In this document: positions 28,928 to 40,022 of the stretch, in pieces
How positions within the stretch are numbered: the first letter of the stretch is position 1
How the letters are laid out: each line of letters starts with the position of its first letter
NCBI GenBank assembly: GCA_944331935.1
Contig: CALVIV010000001.1
Location: 9,968 to 73,967, forward strand
DNA length: 64,000 nucleotides
Direction of reading: 5' to 3'
Source: an uncultured Bacilli bacterium
GTDB lineage: Bacteria > Bacillota_I > Bacilli_A > RF39 > UBA660
Program-made: the position numbers and the translations under genes
The notes under the pieces: generated by a model
What the model saw: only the letters and a program-made list of their open reading frames with translations
Databases searched by the model: none
Told to the model about the DNA's origin: nothing

Positions 28928-29881
28928 CTATTTCATTAAGTAAGAAAAGATTAAAGAACTAAGTCTCTGACTATGATGCTTAAGAGTTCCATCGGCAATA
29001 GTAAGTAAATCTGCTTCAATAAATTCAGTATCTAACTTAGATAAAACTGGATAATCTATTTTAACGGGGTCTTTTCTTTCTTTATTAGAATACCTTAAAG
29101 CCATCTCTTCACTTATTTTAGAGTTAGAAGCAATAACAGCATCAAGCTTGTGTTTACCTAAGTAACTATTTATAAGGTTAACATGGTCACTTACAGTAAA
29201 GTCATCAGTCTCTCCAGGTTGTGTTACGATATTACATAAATACATAATAGGAGCTTTTGTCCTATCTAAACATTCAATAACTTCTGTAGAAATAAGATGA
29301 GGAAGTAAACTAGTATAAATGCTTCCCATACTAAAGATGATTAAATCTGCTTCCCCAATAGCAGTTTTAACTTCTTCTAACACTTTAGGTTGTTTTTTAT
29401 AGAAAAGTTTTTTTACTTTCTTCTCACTCTTAGTGATAGAAGCTTCTCCCTCTACAATACTACCATCCATCATTTCTGCCATAAGTGTTACATTAGCATC
29501 CTCTGTTAATGGTAATACTTTATTTTTAATATCTAAAAGAGTACAAAGTTCATTAATAGATTCTTTTAAACTCCCTGTAATATTTAAAAGAGAAATAAGT
29601 ATTAAGTTACCTAATGCATGTCCATCCAAATCGCTCGTGGTATTAAAGCGATATTCTAACATTTTTTTAATATTATCACTAGTAGAAGATAAACTACTAA
29701 GTACTTGTCTAATATCTCCAACAGCAGGAGCATGAAACTCTTCTCTTAATTTACCTGTACTTCTTCCATCATCAGATACTGTAATAACAGCAGTTATATC
29801 TAAAGGAAAATCTTTAAGTCCTTTAAGCAAATAAGAAAGTCCTGTTCCCCCTCCAAAAACAACTATTTTTTTATTATTCAT
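28928..29881 (-). CDS. yvcK: Gluconeogenesis factor YvcK (UPF0052/CofD-like).
   Basis: KIVVFGGGTGLSYLLKGLK. 317 aa. Conserved yvcK-whiA pair. Confidence 0.8.
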   Translation of the reverse strand: MNNKKIVVFGGGTGLSYLLKGLKDFPLDITAVITVSDDGRSTGKLREEFHAPAVGDIRQVLSSLSSTSDNIKKMLEYRFNTTSDLDGHALGNLILISLLNITGSLKESINELCTLLDIKNKVLPLTEDANVTLMAEMMDGSIVEGEASITKSEKKVKKLFYKKQPKVLEEVKTAIGEADLIIFSMGSIYTSLLPHLISTEVIECLDRTKAPIMYLCNIVTQPGETDDFTVSDHVNLINSYLGKHKLDAVIASNSKISEEMALRYSNKERKDPVKIDYPVLSKLDTEFIEADLLTIADGTLKHHSQRLSSLIFSYLMK

Positions 29882-29888
29882 CTACTAC

Positions 29889-30767
29889 TCATCTCCTTGA
29901 AATCTCTAATGCAACTTTAGCTGCTTCTCCCATAGCAATAACTATTTGATAGTCATATTTATTTAAAGCATCTCCTACGGCATAAACTCCATCTATAGAA
30001 GTCATTAAATTATCATCCGTTTTAACATAACCTCTATCATCTAAAATATCTAATGATGATAAAAAGTTAGCATTAGGAATTTGCCCAATATAAATAAATA
30101 CTCCATCAGTAATTATATCATTACCTTCTTTTGTCTTAATAGTAATTCTATCATCTTTAGAAAAACTTTCTACTTCTCCTCTTACAAAAGAAATATTATC
30201 TATTTTCTTAATCATCTCTTGTAAATAAGCTTTCGCTCTAAACTCATTACGATATAAAACAGTAACAGTTGAGGCTAACTTACTTAAGTATATCGCTCCT
30301 TCAAAGGCTGCATCACTTGCTCCCACAACAACTACATCTTTATTTTTATATAAAGCACCATCACAAACAGCACAATAACTTATTCCTTTAGTCCTAAGTT
30401 CATCTTCACCTTTAACACCAAGTAATTTAGGTTTACGACCAGTTGCAATTATTACATAATCACAGATATACTCACCCTTACTAGTAATAACCTTTTTCTC
30501 TTTATCTATCTTGATATCCTTAACTTCTTCATATTTAACTAAAACACCTAAATCAGTAATCTGTTTTACCATCTTTAAAGCTAAATCACTTCCACTGATA
30601 GATTCATATGAAGGAAAGTTCATAATATTTCCATTATCAACTATCTGTCCTCCCGGCATAGACTTCTCTAAAATAATACAATCAATACCTGCTCTATTTA
30701 AGTAAAGCGCTGCAGTCATTCCTGCCACCCCACAACCTATTATAACTACTTTATATTTATTATTCAT
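29889..30767 (-). CDS. trxB: Thioredoxin-disulfide reductase.
   Basis: FAD site VVIIGCGVAGMTAALY and the redox-active CAVCDG. The likely start is MNNKYK at 30767; the track ORF extends to 30815 and overlaps lgt. Confidence 0.75.
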   Translation of the reverse strand: MNNKYKVVIIGCGVAGMTAALYLNRAGIDCIILEKSMPGGQIVDNGNIMNFPSYESISGSDLALKMVKQITDLGVLVKYEEVKDIKIDKEKKVITSKGEYICDYVIIATGRKPKLLGVKGEDELRTKGISYCAVCDGALYKNKDVVVVGASDAAFEGAIYLSKLASTVTVLYRNEFRAKAYLQEMIKKIDNISFVRGEVESFSKDDRITIKTKEGNDIITDGVFIYIGQIPNANFLSSLDILDDRGYVKTDDNLMTSIDGVYAVGDALNKYDYQIVIAMGEAAKVALEISRR

Positions 30768-31590
30768 AAAGCACATCCTCTCTATATAACTTCTTATTTC
30801 TTCGTAAGAAAACAAAGTAAACTCCTACGATAAACAAGACAACCGATACAAGTTGAGCCACTCTAATAGGACCTAACATTAAACTATCTAGTCTCATCCC
30901 TTCTATTATAAATCTAATAAATGAATACCACATCATATAAAATCCCATTAACTGTCCTGTCTTTAAGTTCTTATAAAACTTTCTAATTAATAAAAGAATT
31001 ATAAAACCAATTACATTCCAACATGACTCAAAGAAAAATGTTGGCATATAGTAATCACCATTAATATACATACCTCTAATAATAAATTCTGGTATATATA
31101 AGCTCTTTAAATAACCATATGATGTAACATATCCATAAGCTTCACTATTAAAGAAATTACCCCATCTACCTATCGCTTGTCCTATAATAAGACCTACTAC
31201 TAGTATATCCAAAAGTTTTAAAAGATTTAATTTATGTTTCTTACTATAATACCAAAGATATAAAAGTCCACCGAGTATTCCTCCATGAATAGCAAGACCA
31301 CCATGCCATATATAAAGTATCTCTATAGGATTAGACAAGTAATATGATAAATTAAACAACACATAATAAGCCCTTGCTCCTAAAAATGCAAAGATAATAG
31401 TATAGAAAAACATATCAAATAGTTCATCTTTATTAACTTTTTCTTTTCTAAGCTCTAAAAAGACAAGGACTCCTCCTGCTATAACTCCTAAAAGAATAAA
31501 AATAGAGTAATAATATATTTTTATAAAGCCTAAATCCAAAAGAACCCTATCCATGATGTTTAACCTTTCTAATAATTGGTTTAATGACAA
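30760..31590 (-). CDS. lgt: Prolipoprotein diacylglyceryl transferase.
   Basis: The Lgt signature GRWGNFFNSEAYG in a polytopic membrane protein of 276 aa. Confidence 0.75.
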   Translation of the reverse strand: MSLNQLLERLNIMDRVLLDLGFIKIYYYSIFILLGVIAGGVLVFLELRKEKVNKDELFDMFFYTIIFAFLGARAYYVLFNLSYYLSNPIEILYIWHGGLAIHGGILGGLLYLWYYSKKHKLNLLKLLDILVVGLIIGQAIGRWGNFFNSEAYGYVTSYGYLKSLYIPEFIIRGMYINGDYYMPTFFFESCWNVIGFIILLLIRKFYKNLKTGQLMGFYMMWYSFIRFIIEGMRLDSLMLGPIRVAQLVSVVLFIVGVYFVFLRRNKKLYREDVLYE

Positions 31591-31975
31591 ACTCTTCTAT
31601 TAAAACATTTGCCACAGAAATTAATATTGATATAGCAAGAGCAACCCATATATCCAAAAGATTAAAATACTTACCTAAAATCCAATCTGTAAGTTTTAAA
31701 ATAAATAAGTTAATAAATGGATAGAAAAGACCAAAAGTAAGAGCCGTCACTGGTATTGTAAATCTAACTAACAAGGGTTTAACAGTCTGATTTAAAATAT
31801 ATATTATAAATGAAGCTAATATTGAAAAAAGAAGAGGATGATGAGGGTCAATATAAAAAGTTTTAAAAAATTTAGAAACTAAAAAGAAGACTATAGAGTA
31901 ACTTGCAAAATACAAAAGCCATTCTAAAAATCTATTTAATCTGATTTTCTCTTTTGTCGTTACAATTATCTTCAT
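31547..31975 (-). CDS. DUF360/YvlD-like small membrane protein (the so-called phage holin family IV).
   Basis: Four TM segments in 142 aa. Located upstream of uvrA, as yvlD is in Bacillus. Confidence 0.4.
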   Translation of the reverse strand: MKIIVTTKEKIRLNRFLEWLLYFASYSIVFFLVSKFFKTFYIDPHHPLLFSILASFIIYILNQTVKPLLVRFTIPVTALTFGLFYPFINLFILKLTDWILGKYFNLLDIWVALAISILISVANVLIEEFVIKPIIRKVKHHG

Positions 31976-31991
31976 AGTCTCCTCCTATAAT

Positions 31992-34808
31992 TTATAACAT
32001 TTTCTTTAAAAATTGTCCTGTATAAGATTCTTTAACTTTACTAATCTCTTCTGGAGTACCAGTAGCAACTACACTACCTCCTCCATCTCCTCCTTCTGGA
32101 CCTAAATCAACAATATAATCAGCACATTTAATAACATCTAGATTATGCTCTATAACAAGTACTGTATCTTTATTATCGACTATTTTCTGTAAAATTGCAA
32201 GTAACTTCTTAATATCCGCAGAATGTAGTCCTGTTGTTGGTTCATCTAGAACATACAAAGTTTTACCAGTTGGCTTTTTCTGTAACTCTTTAGCAAGTTT
32301 AACTCTCTCTGCTTCCCCTCCACTTAGTGTTGGAGCACTTTGTCCTAATTTAATGTATCCTAGTCCTACATCTTCTAATACTTGAAGTTTATTTTTAATC
32401 TTAGGAACATTACTAAAGAATTCTAAGGCCTCACTAACTCGCATATCTAAGACATCAGCAATGTTCTTCTCTTTATAGTAAATGTTTAAAGTCTCTCTAT
32501 TATACCTTGTACCATGACAAACTTCACAAGGAACATAAACATCTGGTAAGAAATGCATCTCTATTTTCTTAACTCCATCTCCTCTACAAGCTTCACATCT
32601 ACCACCTTTTACATTAAAGGAAAATCTATTCTTCTCAAAGCCATACATCTTCGCTTCTTTAGTATTAGTGAAAAGCTCTCTAATATCATCAAATACCCCT
32701 GTATATGTTGCAGGGTTACTTCTAGGAGTTCTACCAATAGGTGACTGTGATATATCAACAAGTTTATCAATATTATTAAGTCCTAATATTTTATCATGCC
32801 TACCAGGCTTAACTTTGGATTTATATAAAGTACTAGAAGCCGCTTTAACAAGTATCTCATTAATTAAACTACTCTTACCACTACCACTAACACCAGTTAC
32901 TAGGGTGAATGTTCCAAGCGGAATTTTAACATCTATATTTTTTAAATTGTTCTCCTTAGCACCTTTAATAGTTATAAACTTACCAGTACCTTTTCTTCTT
33001 GTTTTAGGTACTTCAATACATTCTTTGCCACTTAAATAACGTCCTGTAATACTCTCATCACACTTCATTACTTCATCAGGTGTTCCTGCTGCGACAATCT
33101 TTCCACCTCTATCTCCTGCTTCAGGACCAACGTCAACAAGGTAATCAGCAGCAAGCATTGTATCGGTATCATGTTCTACAACTATTAAAGTATTACCTAA
33201 ATCTCTCATTTCAAGTAAAGAATTAATAAGTCTATCATTATCTCTTTGATGAAGTCCTATACTAGGTTCATCAAGAACATAAAGTACCCCTGTTAAACGA
33301 GAACCTATTTGTGTTGCTAGTCTAATACGTTGTGCCTCTCCACCACTTAATGTTCCCGCACTTCTGGCAAGAGTTAAATATTCAAGTCCTACATTTTTTA
33401 AGAAAGATAGGCGTGATTTAATCTCTTTAAGAATAAGGTCAGCTATCTGCATCTTCTCTTCACTAAGTTTTAATTTATCAAAGAAAGTAATAAGCTCTTT
33501 AACACTCATACACGTTACTTCATAAATATTTTTCTTACCTACTTTAACAGAAAGCACATTATCAGCTAAACGAGCCCCACCACAAACTTCACAAGTCTGC
33601 TCTATCATAAACTTCTCTAACCATTCTCTAATCCAACTACTTGATGTTTCCATATAACGACGTTCTAGATTATTGATAATACCTTCATAGTAATCAGTTT
33701 GATTAGTAACATTACCACTTTTAGATTTATAGTTAAAATGAATTAACTCATCACTTCCATAAAGGATTAAGTCTTTCTCTCTTTCTGTTAACTTTTTAAA
33801 TGGTTTACTAGTACTAATCTTATAATGCTTACACATACACTCAAGTCTTTTATAATAAATATTATCAGTATCATCACCAAGAGTAACAATCGCTCCATCT
33901 TTTAATGATTTACTCTTATCAGGAATAACTAAATCAGGGTCTATTTTTAACTTAATACCAAGTCCTTTACATTCAGGACATGCTCCATATGGAGCATTAA
34001 AACTAAATAGACGAGGTTCAAGTTCTGGTAGTGAAAAATCGCAATATGGACATGCAAAATCTTCTGAGTAAACTACTTCCTTATCGCCAAGAAAATCTAC
34101 TACGACTTTACCTTTACTAAGTTTAGTCGCAACCTCCAAAGACTCAAATAATCTACTTCTAATACCATCTTTCAAAACAATTCTATCAACAATTACTTCA
34201 ATATTAGACTTCTTATTTTTCTCTAAGTTAATCTCCTCAGTTAAATCATGCATTTCTCCATTTACTCTAACCCTAACAAATCCCTGTTTTCTTAAATCAT
34301 CAAGTAAATCTTTATGAGTACCTTTCTCCCCATGAACAACAGGAGCCATAATAACGAGTTTAGTTCCCATATCATGTTCCAATATTTTATTAGTCATCTC
34401 TTCAATACTTTGACTAGTTATCGGAATATTATGATTAGGACAATATGGAACCCCTACTCTTGCAAATAAAAGACGTAAATAATCATATATCTCAGTAACA
34501 GTACCAACAGTACTACGAGGATTCTTACTAGTCGTCTTCTGGTCTATACTAATAGCAGGGCTAAGACCTTCTATAGAGTCAACATCAGGCTTTTCTGTTC
34601 CCCCTAAAAACTGTCTAGCATAAGCAGATAAACTCTCTACATATCTTCTTTGTCCTTCAGCATATATCGTATCAAAAGCAAGAGAAGATTTACCACTACC
34701 ACTAACACCAGTCATTACAATTAATTTATTCTTAGGTAATTCTATCGAAACATTCTTTAAATTGTTTTCTCTAGCACCTTTAACTATTATTTTATCCACA
34801 AATACCAC
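31992..34808 (-). CDS. uvrA: Excinuclease ABC subunit A.
   Basis: 938 aa with two ABC ATPase modules ([10 protein letters not shown] twice) and zinc-finger Cys motifs. Confidence 0.95.
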   Translation of the reverse strand: MVFVDKIIVKGARENNLKNVSIELPKNKLIVMTGVSGSGKSSLAFDTIYAEGQRRYVESLSAYARQFLGGTEKPDVDSIEGLSPAISIDQKTTSKNPRSTVGTVTEIYDYLRLLFARVGVPYCPNHNIPITSQSIEEMTNKILEHDMGTKLVIMAPVVHGEKGTHKDLLDDLRKQGFVRVRVNGEMHDLTEEINLEKNKKSNIEVIVDRIVLKDGIRSRLFESLEVATKLSKGKVVVDFLGDKEVVYSEDFACPYCDFSLPELEPRLFSFNAPYGACPECKGLGIKLKIDPDLVIPDKSKSLKDGAIVTLGDDTDNIYYKRLECMCKHYKISTSKPFKKLTEREKDLILYGSDELIHFNYKSKSGNVTNQTDYYEGIINNLERRYMETSSSWIREWLEKFMIEQTCEVCGGARLADNVLSVKVGKKNIYEVTCMSVKELITFFDKLKLSEEKMQIADLILKEIKSRLSFLKNVGLEYLTLARSAGTLSGGEAQRIRLATQIGSRLTGVLYVLDEPSIGLHQRDNDRLINSLLEMRDLGNTLIVVEHDTDTMLAADYLVDVGPEAGDRGGKIVAAGTPDEVMKCDESITGRYLSGKECIEVPKTRRKGTGKFITIKGAKENNLKNIDVKIPLGTFTLVTGVSGSGKSSLINEILVKAASSTLYKSKVKPGRHDKILGLNNIDKLVDISQSPIGRTPRSNPATYTGVFDDIRELFTNTKEAKMYGFEKNRFSFNVKGGRCEACRGDGVKKIEMHFLPDVYVPCEVCHGTRYNRETLNIYYKEKNIADVLDMRVSEALEFFSNVPKIKNKLQVLEDVGLGYIKLGQSAPTLSGGEAERVKLAKELQKKPTGKTLYVLDEPTTGLHSADIKKLLAILQKIVDNKDTVLVIEHNLDVIKCADYIVDLGPEGGDGGGSVVATGTPEEISKVKESYTGQFLKKML

Positions 34809-34956
34809 TTCCTTAAAACGTTATATATTATAATACAAAATAATACATTTTTCTACTACCAAAATATACCATAAGTATACTAATTAGTCAAACAAATTTT
34901 CTATAAATAGAGAATAATAAAAGTATAGACCTTGAATTAATCTATACTTTATTAAA

Positions 34957-35928
34957 TTATCCAAAAATTTTATCTTCTAAATCAGAGTATCTATCATACC
35001 CAGATTCTAATTCATAACCATATATAGTTTTTATATCTTTCTCAAATCCCGTTTTAGAATAAGCAAGTCCAACCCAATCATTATAATTACAGCAATGTAA
35101 TATATCGTTTTCATCATCATATCTAATCGTCTCTACATCACTTTCATCAATAGGATATAGTTCTGTACCATCACTTTCAATTATTCCAGTAGAATAAACA
35201 ACATTATTAATTTTTTCACTAAAATGAGAATTATTGGTCTCTGCAATAAAGCAATTATCATGTACAATTTCGTTATTTCTATTAGTTATAGGCTTTATAG
35301 AATGATATTTAAAATCTATTAAAATATCACCATAAGAATCTACCATTCCCATCATACCAGTTGGATCTTTTAATATCATATTACCATTAGGAAGTAATCC
35401 CGTATTGGCATAATGAGAATTTTTAAAAGTTGAACTTTCTGGAACTTCAATACCAGCGGCAGCTGCTAACTCTTGACTTATTCTATCAGCTTCTAACTCC
35501 TCACTAGTCTTAGGAGTTGCAATATACTCTTGAGAAAAATAATATTTATCTCCATTCAAAACAACATACTGTCTTGGAATAGCAAAACCTTTTTGTCTCT
35601 CTGCTTCTGCATCTTGTTCAGTATATATTTCTAACTTTTTTCTTTCATTTGATGTAACATCTTGCCCATATAAATTAGAAGAAGAATCCAATACATCTGC
35701 ATCTTCTTTTTCATCTTCTTTATCCATATTTTTCAATATTTCTCTTAATTCCTCAAGCTCCTGTTTATAAGATTCTGGATCAATATAATCACTCGAATCC
35801 TTTGTTTCATCAACATCATGTGAAGTTCTCATTTCATTAACTTCGTTCTCTCTTAGCCATTGCATATCAATAGCTCTTCCATTTCTTATAGCTCTTCCCT
35901 CTAAAGAACCCATTTTTTCTATCCCCAT
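34957..35928 (-). CDS. Hypothetical acidic protein.
   Basis: 323 aa. The N-terminal half is very acidic, with a conserved-looking C-terminal domain. Confidence 0.3.
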   Translation of the reverse strand: MGIEKMGSLEGRAIRNGRAIDMQWLRENEVNEMRTSHDVDETKDSSDYIDPESYKQELEELREILKNMDKEDEKEDADVLDSSSNLYGQDVTSNERKKLEIYTEQDAEAERQKGFAIPRQYVVLNGDKYYFSQEYIATPKTSEELEADRISQELAAAAGIEVPESSTFKNSHYANTGLLPNGNMILKDPTGMMGMVDSYGDILIDFKYHSIKPITNRNNEIVHDNCFIAETNNSHFSEKINNVVYSTGIIESDGTELYPIDESDVETIRYDDENDILHCCNYNDWVGLAYSKTGFEKDIKTIYGYELESGYDRYSDLEDKIFG

Positions 35929-35947
35929 AAACTCCTCCTTATATTTC

Positions 35948-36649
35948 CTACTTAGCTCCTAATAAGAAAGCAATAATAGGTATTAACAAACTACTAGCAA
36001 TTATAACGAAAGCTAAAGCATAATTCGTAACAAAAGCTGCTATATTATCTTTATTATCTTCATTAGGCAATTTCATAGGAACAATATTGTCATCATCATT
36101 ACCATAATGACCAGTACTCTTAACATAACTTCTACCCTTACCAACTCCACCTTCTTCTTCGAGAGCTTTATTTAACTTAGTGATTTCCTGTTTATTTTTA
36201 ATCTCTAAATAATCACACAAATAAGTATGACCACCATTAACTAATATCATCTGATAATAATTAACTAAATTCTCAGGAATAAATATTTTAAATTGTGAAA
36301 AGTTCTGTTTTAAAAAGTCAGGTCTCAAATAATCTAATGTTTCAGACAAAAGACCTATCTCTAAGAAAGCTAAATTATATATATTATTATTAATTTTATT
36401 AGTTATATCATCATCCATTACATCTAAACTCTTAAAATTAACAAAATCTCTATTATCATTAGTGACCCCTACTACTATATTTTTAGGATTAAAGTTAATA
36501 ACATAATACCCTTTACCATGAATATACTTCATCGTAGAATCCATTACATAAAAAAGACGTGTATACTCATCATTATTATGATAAGTCTTGGTATACTCAT
36601 CTAATGTCTCTTCAAAAGGAAATCTAATTATCTCTCCCATAGGCATCAC
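35948..36649 (-). CDS. Hypothetical protein with a C-terminal TM anchor.
   Basis: 233 aa with a C-terminal hydrophobic helix. Confidence 0.3.
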   Translation of the reverse strand: MMPMGEIIRFPFEETLDEYTKTYHNNDEYTRLFYVMDSTMKYIHGKGYYVINFNPKNIVVGVTNDNRDFVNFKSLDVMDDDITNKINNNIYNLAFLEIGLLSETLDYLRPDFLKQNFSQFKIFIPENLVNYYQMILVNGGHTYLCDYLEIKNKQEITKLNKALEEEGGVGKGRSYVKSTGHYGNDDDNIVPMKLPNEDNKDNIAAFVTNYALAFVIIASSLLIPIIAFLLGAK

Positions 36650-36692
36650 TGCTTTCTATCGTTCTATTCTTATACTATCATTTTATAGCATT

Positions 36693-38198
36693 TTAAGAGT
36701 AATTACAAGTCCGTTTATATTTAAGTATCTTCTCTTTCGCTCTTGTCGTTTTAGCAGAATCCAACCAATAATCTTCAGGACTACCTCCCATTATAAAAGA
36801 GACTCTATCATTATTTTTTAATTGATAATCAAGTGGTACTTCAATTCCATTAACAATCGCTCTATTTAAATTATAACCAGTATTATCACCTTCTAGAAAT
36901 GCTAAATCTATAGGAGTAGAACCTAAAGGCAATTCAATAGCCTTATTATTTTTAGTCCTAACATAAACATTTTCTTTAGCAAATAACTCTTTTTTAACTT
37001 TCTCTACATACAAATCATTTCTTTCAAAGTATTCACTAAGAAAGTTAAGGTCTTTACAAAATTGTAAACTATCTCTTATCTCATCTTGTACTTCCCTAAA
37101 TGGTTTATTCTTAGAATAAATATAATAAGGAAGCCCATAAGTATCAACCATATCCATCTCCTTAGTCCTAATCTGAGCCTGCACTAAACAATTATTAACA
37201 TATAAAACAGTATGTAAAGACCTATATAAATTAGTTTTAGGTCCAGCAATAAATTCTTTAAATCTTGTTGAATCAATATCATACTCTTTATGTATAACAC
37301 CTAAAGCTTTATAACAATCCAAATAATCATCAGTAACAATCTTAAGTGCAAACAAATCATGTATCGCATCTATAGTAACAATACTAGTTTCTTGACTACT
37401 AACTTTTCTTTGCCTTTTATTTAATTTAAGCATCTTTTTATAAGTACTATAAACTTCTTTTACTCTTAACTTAACAACACAATTAATACCATTATCTCTT
37501 AAAACTTTTTCCGTCTTATAAACAACATAATCTAAAGTTTCTTTATTTTCATTTAAATAGTCATTTATTTTTCTTAAAGTATCTTCATATTCCAAAGGAT
37601 TCAATACTTTAAAAGATAAATCCTCTAATCTTTTTTTTATCTCATACATACCAATACGATATGCCAAAGGAACATACAAATCTATTGTCTCAAGAGCATT
37701 CTCTTTTTGTTTAAACTCTGTTTTAAAACCAATAGTTTCCATATTATGTAATCTATCAGCACATTTAATAGAAATAACTCTAATATCTTCATTAATCGCT
37801 CTTAATATCTTAGCCGTATTAGCCTCTACTTTTTCACTCTTACTAGAAAAGTTAAGCCCTTTTAGTTTACTAACTCCATCTACAAGCCTTGCTACACTAT
37901 TTCCAAACATAGACTCTATCTCACTTAAAGTAATATTAGTATCCTCAATAGTATCATGTAAAAGTCCTGCTATTATTGTCTCTACATCGTTATAAGTACA
38001 AGCTAGAATATAAGCGACATGCAAAGGATGAGTTATATAAGGTTCTCCACTCTGTCTAAACTGTCCTTCATGAAGCTTAGAAGCTAGCAAGTAAGCTTTT
38101 TTAATAACTTCTTCTCCTCCTATATTATTCTCTTTAACTTTAGCAAGCACATCATCAATAGTTATCATCATACCACTCCTTCCTAAATTTATATACAA
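36693..38198 (-). CDS. rel: RelA/SpoT-family (p)ppGpp synthetase/hydrolase, short form (HD, synthetase and TGS domains; no ACT domain).
   Basis: HD motif HPLHVAYIL...LLHDTIEDT. Synthetase motif PKTNLYRSLHT. A C-terminal TGS-like segment. Confidence 0.7.
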   Translation of the reverse strand: MYINLGRSGMMITIDDVLAKVKENNIGGEEVIKKAYLLASKLHEGQFRQSGEPYITHPLHVAYILACTYNDVETIIAGLLHDTIEDTNITLSEIESMFGNSVARLVDGVSKLKGLNFSSKSEKVEANTAKILRAINEDIRVISIKCADRLHNMETIGFKTEFKQKENALETIDLYVPLAYRIGMYEIKKRLEDLSFKVLNPLEYEDTLRKINDYLNENKETLDYVVYKTEKVLRDNGINCVVKLRVKEVYSTYKKMLKLNKRQRKVSSQETSIVTIDAIHDLFALKIVTDDYLDCYKALGVIHKEYDIDSTRFKEFIAGPKTNLYRSLHTVLYVNNCLVQAQIRTKEMDMVDTYGLPYYIYSKNKPFREVQDEIRDSLQFCKDLNFLSEYFERNDLYVEKVKKELFAKENVYVRTKNNKAIELPLGSTPIDLAFLEGDNTGYNLNRAIVNGIEVPLDYQLKNNDRVSFIMGGSPEDYWLDSAKTTRAKEKILKYKRTCNYS

Positions 38199-38320
38199 AA
38201 AAACGGCTTACCAAAAAAGCCATTTTATATACAATGATTAAATATATCTAAAAAACCTCTCATAACACCACTACCTCTTCCAAAGATTAGAAAAATAATA
38301 TCAAAAGAAGGAAGAGTTTG

Positions 38321-38890
38321 TCAACAACTAAATTTAAGTTTTTCCCTCATCGCTTTAACAACTCTACTAATATGAGAAGAACTAACATCTAAAAGATTAG
38401 ATATTTCCGAATATTTAAAGTTATTTATTCTTAAAGTAATAATAGCAGAATCTAATTGACTCAAATTATCTAAATAGTCATCTAATTTATTATATATATC
38501 TAAATTATCTATATCATCATATGGATCTACTGCCCTAGAGTCTCTTACTTCAAAATCTAACTCTTTATATTTTAAAAGAGGTCTATTCTTTAATTTAAGT
38601 ATATTTCTATACAAGAGATTAAACCCAGATGACAAGCATACTAATAGAAAGGAATAAAACAGACTTCCTTTATTAGGATCATAGTTTCTAACAGCATTAT
38701 TAAAAGCAATGATACCCTCTTCATAAAAGTCATCCAAAGTAAACCCTGTACACTTATTATCTTTTAAGTAGTTATAATACTCTAAAGCTTTATTATAGAT
38801 AATAGGTTTATACTTATTAAGCATAATATCATAAGCTACTTCATCATTATCATAAATTAAATCTAATAGTTCATAATCATTGTATTTCAT
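38321..38890 (-). CDS. sigH: Sigma-70 family sigma factor, SigH-like by synteny.
   Basis: Region-4 HTH SEISNLLDVSSSHISRVVKAMREKL. Its position after cysS-mrnC-rlmB matches Bacillus sigH. Confidence 0.5.
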   Translation of the reverse strand: MKYNDYELLDLIYDNDEVAYDIMLNKYKPIIYNKALEYYNYLKDNKCTGFTLDDFYEEGIIAFNNAVRNYDPNKGSLFYSFLLVCLSSGFNLLYRNILKLKNRPLLKYKELDFEVRDSRAVDPYDDIDNLDIYNKLDDYLDNLSQLDSAIITLRINNFKYSEISNLLDVSSSHISRVVKAMREKLKFSC

Positions 38891-38895
38891 AACTC

Positions 38896-39600
38896 CTACT
38901 TTCTACTTCGGACTACCTCATATATCAATATACCCGCTGCCACAGATGCATTTAAACTATCTATTTTAGGACTAATAGGAATAGTAACTAAAAAGTCACA
39001 AGACTCTTTAACTAATTTACTCATACCTTTCTCTTCATTACCAATGACAAGACAAGTCTTACCATCATAATTAACATCTCTATAGTCTTCTCCATTCATA
39101 ACCGTACCATATATCCAAAAACCATTATCTTTAAGTGTTTTAATAGTATTATTAATATTAGTAACTAAGACTATATCAATATCAAATACTGCCCCCACAC
39201 TAGTCTTAACAACAGTAGAATTAACAAGTACTTGTCTATCATTAGGAATGATAATAGCATTAAAACCTGCAGCTACTGCTGTTCTAATAATGGCCCCAAA
39301 GTTATGAGGATCAAGAATATGATCTAAAATAAGAACTTTATCATATTCTTTTTCTAATATTTTATTTAAAGGAGTATACTGGTAGTCCTCCATATCGATG
39401 ATTATACCTTGATGATTATCTTTGGTCAAATTATCAATTTCCGATTTTCGAGCCAATTTTATCTTAGATTTTGAAAATTCCCCTAGTAGATTTTGAATTT
39501 TCAAGTAATATTTCTCCTCAATTTTCAATTTTCTAACTTTTTTTAAAAGTTTTTCATCCTTAAATATTCTTTCCGCTACATTTCTTCCATATACTAACAT
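38896..39600 (-). CDS. rlmB: 23S rRNA (guanosine-2'-O)-methyltransferase RlmB (SpoU/TrmH family).
   Basis: SpoU methylase motifs. Lies between mrnC and sigH. Confidence 0.7.
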   Translation of the reverse strand: MLVYGRNVAERIFKDEKLLKKVRKLKIEEKYYLKIQNLLGEFSKSKIKLARKSEIDNLTKDNHQGIIIDMEDYQYTPLNKILEKEYDKVLILDHILDPHNFGAIIRTAVAAGFNAIIIPNDRQVLVNSTVVKTSVGAVFDIDIVLVTNINNTIKTLKDNGFWIYGTVMNGEDYRDVNYDGKTCLVIGNEEKGMSKLVKESCDFLVTIPISPKIDSLNASVAAGILIYEVVRSRK

Positions 39601-40022
39601 AATTCCTCCACTATATAATTCATAACTTCATCAATTCTATTTTCTTTATTCTCAAGTTTTAAATACCCAATTAAAGCCTCAAGAGCCGTTGCCTTTTTAT
39701 ATTCTATCACACTACACCCTTTAGGATTAGGATGGCTCTTAGCATTTCTAGCTCGCCTTATAACACTAATCTCATCTTCATTAAAGAAGTCTCTATCTAA
39801 CATTTTATCTAAGAAAAATGCCTGTCTTTTCGCACTAACATAATTAATAGATTCTCTTTGTAAGTCATTAACTTTCCCTATTTTTTTCTCGACTAAATAC
39901 ATTCTAATATACTCTTCATACACTGCATCACCAAGATAAGCCAGTACTAAAGAATTAACACATCTAATATCCATAAACATCTCCTCTAAAGAAAAAAGAC
40001 TATAAAGTCTAATCTCTATCAT
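39594..40022 (-). CDS. mrnC: Mini-ribonuclease 3.
   Basis: LAYLGDAVYE, the RNase III signature in a 142-aa protein. Confidence 0.75.
   Translation of the reverse strand: MIEIRLYSLFSLEEMFMDIRCVNSLVLAYLGDAVYEEYIRMYLVEKKIGKVNDLQRESINYVSAKRQAFFLDKMLDRDFFNEDEISVIRRARNAKSHPNPKGCSVIEYKKATALEALIGYLKLENKENRIDEVMNYIVEELC

Noticed and set aside
32553-33039. Antisense ORFs within uvrA (63 and 123 aa).
   Set aside because: Shadow ORFs on the opposite strand of a well-supported long CDS, with low-complexity Leu/Ser-rich translations typical of antisense AT-rich frames. The same applies to similar antisense ORFs inside clpC (48713..49360), the transporter gene (50188..50634), ftsH (57640..58055), fusA (10888..11167) and tuf (10019..10276).
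34809-34956. Searched for a LexA (Cheo) box GAAC-N4-GTTC upstream of uvrA.
   Set aside because: No match to the consensus was found in the 150-bp upstream region. No SOS box is called.
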